DNA of 50,725 nucleotides from Paraspadella gotoi (Eukaryota > Animalia > Chaetognatha). The stretch's first letter is position 1, and the number at the start of each line of letters is the position of its first letter. The notes below the pieces were generated by a model. It saw nothing but the letters and a program-made list of their open reading frames with translations, searched no databases and was not told where the DNA came from. Both the position numbers and the translations under genes were made by a program. Shown here one piece after another: positions 1 to 10,025 of this stretch. The stretch lies in contig CM119264.1 in assembly GCA_051294375.1 (NCBI GenBank), positions 28,304,188 through 28,354,912 of the forward strand, written 5' to 3'.

Positions 1-161
1 CAGGTTGGTTAATTTCATCCAAATAGCTGTTAATAGGTAAAATAATGTTACTAAATCCAAACAAAAATAATATCAAGCTTAATATTTTTTTCCAGTTACT
101 TCCATAAATTCGTTTGTACTCCGATGGATATTTATTAAAATATCTAAGCAAATATATACAG

Positions 162-224
162 GACACTCCTCCATGCACTCCTAGAACTATACTCATGGAC
201 ACTCCAATAAATCGTTCCACGTAA
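162..224 (+). CDS. possible terminal exon of an upstream plus-strand gene (DTPPCTPRTILMDTPINRST*)
   Basis: Window opens with CAG|gttggt (donor-like); AT-rich 4-161 ends in tatacag; a 20-codon frame ends TAA at 222-224. Short, no recognised homology. Confidence 0.3.
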   Translation, partial: DTPPCTPRTILMDTPINRST

Positions 225-976
225 AACTTTTTGTTCAAGAAAATTATCATTGTCTGAAAATCTGTTAAAATATCGAAAACATTGACAAGAGAAGAAAACA
301 ACAGAATAACGGGGATCTTCATTTTGCGCTATGGAAGAATAGTTCATGAGCAAAATAAATTATGCGGAACGACCGAGGGCATGTAGCTGTCAGATAACCT
401 TTATATAGATATCTTATTGTTATTGGAAAAACAGAGGTAATTTTGTTTACAGTGGTAAATAGTTAACTTTCACAGTTAATTGTTAATTGAAAGAGAAAAC
501 ATTCAAGGGCAGAAAAATAAAACGACTTATCATAGTAATATGTTTAATTTTGACCCTACACTTTTTAAAAAACTTTTAAGAATGATTGTGATAAAAATCA
601 AAAGTTTTAGAATAAAAAAAAAGATTTGGCAAAATATCATGAGCCCTGAGTATTAAAACACCGATTGGACATTTAATGATAGTAACACTGTAGCAATGCA
701 ATAACATAATTAAAGCAAGAGTCGTGTTTCATCAAATGAGAAAAGAATCGTTGAATTAGAGAAACAAACGAAGAAAAGCATCAATCTAATATTAGCAAGT
801 AGTAGTATACAGTTGACAATATCTGCCTGTCTTTCAGAGAGAAAAGAAAAAAAAAGAAGAAAAAAAAAAAGGAATCCTACATATATGCGTTGTATTAAAT
901 CTCAACAAGAAATTTTGAAATTAAGTAATATGATAATGATAATGATTAAATTATCAAAAAGGGAATAATAACTGAC

Positions 977-1058
977 TTGAGATGATTCTACATTTGATGA
1001 GAGTCAGTGTGCGCAGTTGAGAGTCCGTCGTTTGCTCCGCGGCACGAAACACTATCGC
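977..1058 (-). CDS. F-box/LRR exon 11 (AIVFRAAEQTTDSQLRTLTLIKCRIIS)
   Basis: ttttacag| acceptor in phase 0; LxxLxLxxC motif; A|gtcagt donor. Confidence 0.65.
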
Positions 1059-3523
1059 CTGTAAAATTCAAGATGGAGATAATTTTTTTAGTTGGATCTG
1101 CTTAATAGCAAATCCCAAATCTATAATCCACTTCGTCAGAACATCAAATTATGGAAAAAATGTTTGTTGTCTGTCGGTCCGTCTTCCTGTCTCTCTGTCC
1201 GTCCGTCCGTCCCCCCTTAGCAAAAAACGCCAATTACTCTTGATTTGATAGATGGATTGGAGTAAAATTTTGATTGTGGTTAGGAAAGTGTCTGATTGAG
1301 CTGGATATAAAGTTTTGATGGAATCAAGGAGTGGAAATGAGTTTGCATTAAAAAACGAAAGTCAGGTTGACTTGAATTTTTATTATTTATAATTACTGAG
1401 AAATTAATTAATTAATTAATTAATTAATGAAAGTAAAAAAAATGATTCAATTTGAAAAAAATGATGCAAGTTAAAAAAATTATGCGAATTGAAAACATGA
1501 TGCAAATTAAAAAAATGGGGCGTGTTTAAAAAAGATGCCAGTTGAAATAATGATGCAAATTGAAGAATGATGCAAGTTGTGTTACGGTTACAGTTGAAAA
1601 AATGATGCAAATGAAGAAAATGATAAGCGGAAGATTAAAAGAGATCTAATAATAGTTATAAAAATTATTTGTTAGTAACAGTTCACAGTTTAATCCCTTG
1701 CCACCAATTTACATGTTATGATCACAAATTGAAAGAATTATCATATATGTATCGTATGTTTGCTCAAACTTGTTATTTGCTTAATAGAAGTAAGATTAAA
1801 TTTGAATAACAATACACTGCGGCGCAAAAAAAATTACCCACTTTTTAATATCAAAAAACCATATTAGATGGCTGAATTCTATAAAGATATACAAAGTCTT
1901 TTGAAAGATGAAAAGATAAATGCAAGTCCCAATAAAATCGAGCAAAGCGTTCGAATGTTATAGGACGACAAAGTTAAAATTAAACAAGAAATAGTGGAGT
2001 ATTTAAAGCTAACAATTGGCCACTTTTTTTGCGCCTCAGTGTACTTGTTAATTGTTTGGTTTGTCAATTCTTCCTGTCGTTCTTTCTTGTCTTCTTTCTG
2101 TCTCTTTCTTTTTCAACACACTAACTTCTTCTCTCCCACCTTCTGATTCTCTCTGGGTCTCGCGTTGTGGTCCAGCACCTCCAAGTGCAGATGTTGCAGC
2201 TTCGGGAAATCCACGGGGTCGACGATGATGCGGATGGGACACAGGCGATGCTCCTCGATGATTGTTAGCGACTTGAGGAACGAAAATCGACGGGTCATCG
2301 TCTTGTAGCTGGTTTGGTTTGTTTGGAGGGGAGTTGTAAAATGTAGTGGGGGTCATTGTCTAGTAGCTGGGTCAGTTTGTGGGGGGCCAAAAAATCCACC
2401 GGTCTGTTTGGAGGGGACTGAAAAGCCGTTGGTTAATAATGGGATAAGTTTTAAGTGGTGGGAATTGACAGGTCATTTTCTTGAAGTTTCAAAGGAGTGG
2501 AAAAACTGGGGGTTTGAACTTTGAAGGCGACGGGGTGAATTCGGAAGAGATGGAAAAATCAAAGGCTCATTGTCCTAAAACCATTGGGGTGAGTTTGAAG
2601 GCAAATATACATTATTATTCTACATAATTTGAAAAAAAATCAAGCGTCTTGTAGCCAAACGACGCACGCAGCTTTCTCCCGGGCACTCTTCAGACTGCAC
2701 GATCTCGCTTAAGCTAGGACGCCAGTAGCACTCCCACCATGCGGAATGCAGCTTTTCCCGAGGTCAGTTCTCACTCAGAACCCACTATCCACAGGCCACT
2801 CCTCACCCTGTCCGGTCCAGTTCCATGTATTTAAGGTGAATCTCGTCGAGTTTAGCGCGAAATTGCGCCTCCTCCTCCGTGGAAAAGTGGAATCGGCCGA
2901 CCGGGACCTCCTCGCTGAAGGGACGCACCTTTGGGAAGATCTTCAAGCGGCGGAGTTGGTCGCACAATCTGAAGAGGGCGCTCAGGGCTGAAGTTTTTTT
3001 TGAGGTTGGGGGGGGAGTTGGTTTTGAAATATGATTAAAATTAAATATCTATATGTCATCCAAGGCAACCATTGTCATGAAAATACTAAAGTAACTAATA
3101 TTAAAACTATATGGCTAACTGATGGCATTCAGAGCGGCCTTTTTTTTATCCTAGTGGATTTTAAGATGTCACATAGCCCGTTTTATCTTGTCAGTAAGAT
3201 ATTAAAGCTAAATGAGGATCAGAAGTCACAGTTTTAAAATTGAAAGACTGTCAAATGACATACAATACGCGATCTTTGTTTCTATAATAATATTAAAACT
3301 ATCGGACAATCGGATGTCACAGAGCGCGACCTTTATTCGTGATGAGTTCGTTGCCGAAAAAATAGTCAGATCTGCGATACTCGTCGTCCAATCGTAAATC
3401 TGTCAGCGTCTTGCAGCAAATCTTGGCGACGGCAATGTAGACGTTTTCGTGTAGAAAGGTTCCCAGATGAAGATTCGTCAACTTGTTGGTAAAAAACAAA
3501 TAGTAAATAACGTATAACTATAC

Positions 3524-3563
<40 letters not shown>

Positions 3564-5976
3564 TTTCATTTTTAAAACAAGATTAAACTTAAAGACCAAT
3601 CCCCCCAAAGCAAACACTCCGACCTTCTTAAATAATGCCGCCTCAGGCTCCAGAAAATTGGTCCACTCCTCCAGGGACCAACCCATTCCGAGTAGAGCCA
3701 AGTCCCGGATGTGCTGGAGCTGGAGGATCCCGTGGACGGACCCCTCGGAGACGGCGCGAGTCTCGGGGATGATGCGGAGATCAAAGTTGATGTCTTCGAA
3801 GCAATCCAGGAAAATGTGGAGAGTCTGGATCGAAGGGTGCAGAGGAGGCGTTTGAGGAAAAATTATAGAACCAGTAAGCTGATGCACTATAACCTGTCCC
3901 GTCCCATGTTTAGGGGAAAAGTATTCCAATCAATCTTGATGACCGAGGTCAACTCGATCCGCCAGAAGATAATTTTTATATTGGTTGTATGATACCAATT
4001 TCAAAAGAAATAGCTGTTTTTCCTTTTCTTTGTCAAATTGACATTTCAAAAATTTCAGAAGGGTTGTCTAAGACCTTTCACCAAAAACTTACTGTGAGAT
4101 GGGACAAGTGCAAAAAGCATTCGAACACTGGTGGTGAGATGCTCTGTTCTTTAAATCCGTAAAAATCAAAGACCAAATGTTCCACCTAGAGAAAAATTAA
4201 TTTAAAAATTAATTAATTAATTATTTAATTAATTAAATAATAAATATTAAATGATAAATACATAAATACATCGATCATTTTTGGATCATTTTTCGGTGGA
4301 GTGGGACTTACATTTCTCAAATCGGAAATCGTTGCTGCAATATGATTTAATATTCGTACGTTGTATCTAGATAAATGAAATTGAAGCTTTGTTTAAACAA
4401 AACGTTACTTTATGTAATAAAGTAAAAAAAATCAATTGCTGTATTAATGTCCGACCAAAAAACAAAATACAGAGTGCAGAAAATTGGAAATCTACTCGAC
4501 GTAACTTTCTCATAAAGAATGTGAACTTAGTTTGTACGAACCATTCACCTAAATCTGTCTTGAGCCGGAGTCGCGTGAATCGTGAGTCTTTTAATTTCGG
4601 GATGAATGTCGACGATGTTGTAAAAACCCTGAGGTAATACATACATGAATTACGTTTAAAAGTTTCATGTTTTATGGTTAGTGAAACAGGATATTTTATC
4701 CTCCATATTCGGGCCTTTTCGAGACCTGCAATACCATACAGGACCCGTTTCCAAACCCCGGATCGAGCCACCGCATGTTGTCCGTATGAAACTCGATGCT
4801 TTCGATGAGCGGAACCTTTTTAAAAAATGAAATAGAAAATATTCATTGTTAAATGCAATGTATTCATGAGGAAATAAATGTATTCATTGATAAATAGAAT
4901 GTATTCATTTAAAAAGTAGGCTTGTCCTGTTCAGTCCAGACCTGAACTCATCACGAAAAGAAAAGTTGTTTTATCATTTCAGTTAGTTTGTGTTATCCCT
5001 CTTTCTTTCTTTTTTCTATCTTCATTTTTCTATCTTTCTTTCTTTTTTTACTTTCCTTTTTCTCTCACATTTTCAAGGCATTCCGAGGCCTTTTCCACAT
5101 TCTTCCAAAAGTTTCCTCCCAGATCTTCAAGCAAGACTCTTCGCCACAAACAGGGATCGTGAATCGCGTTCAAAAATCCCTGGTTTAAACATTATTCATC
5201 AACGTCCAAGGCGCCAGAAACTTGGGTCGAGGAAGCAACGTGTCGCTCACTTTTGAAACGGCGCAAAGAGGCAAGAGTTGGTCCTTTGCAATGTTACTGA
5301 GGATCTTGGTCTGGACGTGAGGCGGAAGTCGTTCGAACGAAGCTCGACCTTCGGATTCGTCATCGTTTTCAAAGTTGGTTTCATCCATATCGCATGAAAT
5401 TTGTTTCGTAGTTTCGTCTTCTTCTGCTATTTGGTCTTTTTTGATCCATTGGTAGCCAGTCATTTTGCTCGACAATAGATTAGCATCGTTGTAAGCGTTT
5501 TGATTCATTTTGCAAACTTTTTCGTCGGTATTACTGATTGTACATTGCTTCAGAGTTTGTAGAATGTTTTCGTATGACATTTTCAGGAATGATTTTTCAT
5601 CTGTAATTCGTATTTTGTTATTCTCGAGCTGAACTGTATTCCAGACCGATTCTCTGATGGACTCTTCAACGATATCATTGGCGATGTCAGAAAAGATGCA
5701 ATGCACGTTTCCGCGAACCGTTTCCTGGACCGTGACGTTGATTATGTTTTGCAACTTTTGCCAAATGTTATGAGAATCGAAATTGCGTTGGACGAGATCG
5801 CCGAATGAGGCAAGATTGAAATCCGGAACGACCTTCTCCACTGCAAGGCGCGCGGTATCGTTGACGGTATTTTTTACGGCATCGGCGGCAGCATCCGGTC
5901 CAGGATCTTGTCCGGCTTTCTGCAACGCGTCGCGGCCGCTTTCGCGGCAAACCTCTTCCATCTGCAACAACGACAT
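977..5976 (-). CDS. F-box / leucine-rich-repeat (FBXL-like) protein gene, 11 or more exons, at least 669 aa
   Basis: Hand-spliced GT-AG exons with matching phases: 5976-5251, 5179-5069, 4815-4726, 4628-4549, 4366-4312, 4185-4093, 3893-3624, 3481-3331, 2987-2807, 2308-2140, 1058-977. F-box across exons 1/2: FERLPPHVQTKILSNIAKDQLLPLCAVSK|GFLNAIHDPCLWRRV. Then LxxLxL repeats (IKRLTI, LSHLTV, IQTLHI, IRDLAL, LTNLHL, LTDLRL, LRRLKI, LKSLTI, LQHLHL, LRTLTL). A final exon near 710-830 is likely but unresolved. Confidence 0.85.
1085..1330 (+). mobile_element. degenerate DINE-1/Helentron-like interspersed element with (GTCC/GTCT)n tract
   Basis: T-run plus AGTTG start and a (GTCY)n tract at 1168-1212; same layout as 42428-42540. 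Boundaries approximate. Confidence 0.35.
1435..1625. repeat. ~18-bp minisatellite (aaaaaatgatgcaarttg)n
   Basis: About 9-10 degenerate copies read directly. Confidence 0.75.
1815..2041. mobile_element. Tc1/mariner-type MITE (227 bp) in an F-box intron
   Basis: Left TA|CACTGCGGCGCAAAAAAA; right reverse-complements to TA|CACTGAGGCGCAAAAAAA (17/18 identical); TA on both sides; no transposase. Confidence 0.8.
2140..2308 (-). CDS. F-box/LRR exon 10 (YKTMTRRFSFLKSLTI...FPKLQHLHLEV...)
   Basis: aaaccag| acceptor in phase 2, AAG|gtggga donor; ORF 2113..2298. Confidence 0.8.
2807..2987 (-). CDS. F-box/LRR exon 9 (ALSALFRLCDQLRRLKI...LDRTG)
   Basis: acttcag| acceptor, GG|gtgagg donor, phase 1-2; the junction reads ITNK-ALSALFRLCDQLRRLKI, typical of FBXL repeats. 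Confidence 0.8.
3331..3481 (-). CDS. F-box/LRR exon 8 (LTNLHLGT...ITNK)
   Basis: caacaag| acceptor, G|gtcgcg donor, phase 0-1; ORF 3317..3499. Confidence 0.8.
3624..3893 (-). CDS. F-box/LRR exon 7 (VIVHQLTG...LFKK)
   Basis: gggacag| acceptor gives the LRR LSHLT|VIV; AAG|gtcgga donor; lies inside ORF 3366..3929. The 5' boundary is less certain. Confidence 0.7.
4093..4185 (-). CDS. F-box/LRR exon 6 (VEHLVFDFYG...FLHLSHLT)
   Basis: tttttctctag| acceptor, |gtaagt donor, phase 0-0. Confidence 0.8.
4312..4366 (-). CDS. F-box/LRR exon 5 (YNVRILNHIAATISDLRN)
   Basis: tatctag| acceptor, |gtaagt donor, phase 2-0. Confidence 0.75.
4549..4628 (-). CDS. F-box/LRR exon 4 (GFYNIVDIHPEIKRLTIHAT...)
   Basis: acctcag| acceptor, AG|gtgaat donor, phase 0-2. 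Confidence 0.75.
4726..4815 (-). CDS. F-box/LRR exon 3 (VPLIESIEFHTDNMRWLD...)
   Basis: taaaaag| acceptor, CAG|gtctcg donor (an alternative in-phase donor lies 9 nt earlier), phase 0-0. Confidence 0.7.
5069..5179 (-). CDS. F-box/LRR exon 2 (GFLNAIHDPCLWRRVLLEDLGG...)
   Basis: aaaccag| acceptor, |gtgaga donor, phase 0-0; completes the F-box (D-P-x-L-W). Confidence 0.85.
5251..5976 (-). CDS. F-box/LRR exon 1 (242 aa: N-terminal extension plus first half of F-box)
   Basis: ATG at 5976; donor AAA|gtgagc at 5250; ORF track 5185..5976. Confidence 0.85.
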
Positions 5977-7176
5977 TATTTTACAATAAAGTCGAACTTC
6001 TTTGCCTTTCTCTCAGTCTTTGTCTCTACCTTTGACTTAAGAGTCTTCACCTGGACGCCGTTGTAAATTTTTGTTTTTTTCAAATTAATTCCATCGAAAA
6101 TGTTTCTGTATTTTTTCCAATTACATCCATTTTTTTTCTTTGTATTTTATTTTTCTAACGAGACGATCTATCTATCAACGTATTTTAATACCGCTTGATT
6201 TAAGGCATATATATGATTTCATATCCAAATCATATATATTAGTATACTACGTTGTGAATGCTAAAACGAATATAAAAAAAGTCAGAAATCTCTTGCTCAT
6301 CTCAATTTCAGATTTCAACGCGTCTAAAAATAAACGCGCCATTTTGTTCTACATTGCGTTCCACATCCGGTAGACGAGAAGTCGAACATCCGGGGAAAGA
6401 GATGGAATCCATGTCACGATGGGTCAATAAATGATCGATGGTGTCTTTCGCCTCACCCTTTTTGGAGCGACGGAAAAGAAAAAAAAAAACTTTATACGTA
6501 TACTATGCGAAAATATATATATATTATGTCTATACAAATATATATTTATATATATATTTTTAATAGTAATTTCAATTAATGTTCGAATTAATTAAGATAT
6601 GATTGAAATAACCAGTATTTACAATTTTGTCAATTTCTTTATTTGAAATTAATACTTGTGAGTTAAAAAAATGGCAACAAATTACAACTAACAGCTGGAC
6701 CGGTTTCAACTACAACACGATGAGGTCTGTGTTCAAACTCAGATGCTCTTAGCACGTTCGCGCCGTCGTCTGGTTTTTCTCCATTTTTCTTTCTCCTGAT
6801 TTCCTTTTATTTCTTTTTTTCGATTATTTTCATTTTTCCTCTCGCCGCTGGAAGTCTTGACCAGCGCAGCCAAACTGTCGTTGTGGTGTAAGTTTTATGG
6901 TTATTTCTCACTTCGGCGCAAATATCAATATTATGGTTCCTCGGAAATCTGTTATGAAATCTAGAAATTAAAAAACAATACAAAAAAACTTCACGTTATA
7001 TTTTAGTAGTTCTTAAAAACTAAGAAACTTATTTATTCTCACTTAATATCAGATCTGATAGGATTTTTTGTTTTGTTTTGTTTTGTTTTTTCTTTGTTTT
7101 TCTTTATCTTTCTTATTTATGTTTTATCTTGAAACATGACAAGTAAAAAAAGTAAGATCAGATCCTTACTTCACTT

Positions 7177-7179
<3 letters not shown>

Positions 7180-7234
<55 letters not shown>

Positions 7235-7255
7235 CTCTCTTCTCCTCTCTTTCTG

Positions 7256-7291
<36 letters not shown>

Positions 7292-7395
7292 TTCTTTCTT
7301 TCTTCTTTCTTCTTCTCTCTCTCCTCTCCTCTCTCTTCTCACTCTTTTTTTTCTTCTCTCTTTTCTCTTCTCTCTTTCTTTCTTTCTTTCTCTTT
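7180..7395. repeat. (CT)n/(CTTT)n microsatellite block
   Basis: Direct reading; similar CT/GA tracts at 3524, 9770, 12250, 13430, 32950, 46250, 47745, 49468. Confidence 0.9.
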
Positions 7396-9768
7396 ATCAC
7401 TTGCCCTCCCTTTATTTTTCGGCTCAAAGAAGGAAATTTTTTTTTAAATTCAATTTGATGGCCAATCTTTCGTCGTCGTCGTCGTCGTCGTCGTCGTTAT
7501 CTTCGTCGTCCCTATCGTCTCACATCACTGTCTTTCCACCTGCCTCATTCCCTGTGGACATCAACCCACGTCACAAATATTACCTTGGAGCTTTGACTTT
7601 CCCCTCGTCCCCTTAGTTCCTTCACAAGTCGCAAGGATCCCCGTGATTTCAGTCAAATGTAACGCATCAAACACTATATCATTTGCAATGAACGGATCGA
7701 CGGTAACGTAATACGGACGCCGCAATTGACTATAACGGTCCAATGTCCATTGTCACGCGGTTTCAAAATAACGCTGTGAAATTTTTTAAACTCCGTCAAT
7801 CCACGACAACAATTGTGAGTGTTTGCCACGACTGTGAGAATCGTTGCTTAATCTCACGATGAGCGCGAGCGAGCGTTTGATGTTTTGCCGGTAACCGTAA
7901 ACAAATGTATCAGCTTGAAACGTTTAATTCTTGATAGAAATCTCTCGGAAACTAGTAAAAACGATGTTTCTCCGGGCAAAACAAACTTGGTGAGTTTAAT
8001 AACAAGCACGACTGAAATTAATTTAAATTCACTGGGATATCGATGGTATTAATGGTCGCAAAAAAATATTAACTAAAAAATAGGGAAATCGCGACTTGAG
8101 ATGAAATATCTTTTACAACCACCTTTCTTCAGACTCTTCCCACATCCGGGACTTTGTCCGATCTTTTCTTTTCCCGCCTTTTGTTGTTTTTACTTCTTTC
8201 TCTTCTTTAATTTCTTTTTTCTAACTTTTTATTTTCTGATGCTCTTTTTTTTTGCTCGTAACTACGTTTGCGTCCTCCGTTTTACCTTTTTTTTCCTCTG
8301 CCTGTTTTCTTTATCGATCTTTCTCTCTTTTAATATCATTTTGTCTCCTTTTCTATTTATTTATCTCTTTTTCAAGAAATTCTTTTTTTTAAAACCTTTT
8401 TTTTATTTGTTTTTCTTACTTTTCTTTCAATTTCGTTTTAATTTATATCATTTTATATACATTAAAGAGACATCTCGTATAAGAATTTCTTTTCATAATT
8501 TTCTATTAGACAAGTTTTGGCACCAATCAGAGAAGCAGAAGAGATGTCAGAAACGAGCCGAATCAATAGGTCCTTGCAAATGAACAAAGTGGTTGTTCTT
8601 TCCTTTGAGCGAGAGGCTAGGAGCTTCTTTTTAATTGTTTATTTTTGTCTTTTAGCCTTCGAGAGACAAAAAAAAAAAGCGCGAAGACAACTTCACGAAA
8701 AGTCCAAGGGAGGCGTACTCCATCATTATCTACTCTGACTCATCCTCTCGCTCGTCTCGTCNNNNNNNNNNNNNNNNNNNNNNNNNCAGAGCGATCTACG
8801 GAAGGGAGGAGGTGGGTACAGTGGTAAGGCCGTATGGCTAATGTCAATTAATATTTTTAGTAAGCTTATTATAAGCTGATTATAAAGTTGAATTACTACT
8901 AAAAGTTTTTCTAAAAAGTATATTGACTGCGTCTATGTGCTTGGAAACTTATTTTCCATTTTGCTTAATTTTTAACAATTTTATGAAAATACTTATCTTT
9001 TTGAATGACTCAATATTTATATAAACATATTTATTTTTATTTTTAAGATACAAACGGGTTAAATTCTTTGTTTTGCTTATTTTCACTTTAAAAACGTGAA
9101 CTTAATCAGCTTCTTTGATATCAAATTTTTGCTATTTTTTTACAATTTTTTTGCATCAAAATTGCTTTTATAAATCACCCGAACATAGACGGGAAAATTG
9201 ATGCGATCGCGAATTTTCATTTTTATCTTGGGGCTAGTATTATATCAAAATACAAAAGAAATAAGGGACACAAGGAGGTCATATAGTCATATTTTGTATT
9301 TATGCTCCGCGCTAATTGTCAATGTTCTTTGTTTATTTAACTTTTCATGTTTATGTTCATGTGTTACTTGAGTACGACGGTCATTTTCCTAACACTATTT
9401 TGCGTCAACTATCGTAACACGACGCAACCGGTGATTAACGAGATAAGGTGCTTCACAACGAACGCGGGTGTCACGAGCGAAACGTGGCAGACGAGCAGCG
9501 ACGTGGCAGTTGCCATGACAACGACGGAGGCGGGAAAAACGCGACGCCATCTACTTTGACGACGCGAAGAGGAAATCGTAAAACGATAAAAAAAAAAAGA
9601 AAAAAAAAGAAGGCAACACAGTAAACATCCGTGGAAAAATTTCTTAAATTCAATACTTTTCTCTTTTTCTTTTCTGCCTTTTTTAGCTAAAGCTCATTTT
9701 GTGGTTTAGCCAGAAAAGGCAAACTTTTAAGAAGGGAATCTGTTTTTTTTTTCTTTCGTCACAGATTA

Positions 9769-9843
<75 letters not shown>

Positions 9844-9914
9844 CTCGCCTCGTTGAGGAGCCAAAAAGCCCGAATGCGAAGGACATGAATTACGGCCCAT
9901 GAGTGAGGCTCAGC

Positions 9915-10025
9915 GGGAAAGGGGGCGCGCCCGGGGTTAAAGGGTCATGAGAATATAAAACCCGTCGCCATTTTGGCGAGAGTTCGTCCCCGCGTGTTGA
10001 CGTCGCGAGGGGCGTGGCCGAAGAG
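9915..10025 (+). promoter_or_regulatory. promoter-like GC island: GC-rich box, TATAAAA (~9955), GCCATTTT YY1-type motif, TGACGTC
   Basis: Motif content only; no transcript evidence. Confidence 0.25.

Noticed and set aside
2600-3932. Non-standard genetic code (TGA read as sense) in the F-box gene
   Set aside because: In-frame TGAs at 3930 and 2803 disappear under phase-consistent GT-AG splicing (4093 to 3893; 2807 to 2308), and Trp is encoded by TGG elsewhere.
7727-7745. ACTATAACGGTCC resembling the LSU rRNA / I-CeuI site
   Set aside because: Only 13 nt match and the flanks are not rRNA-like.
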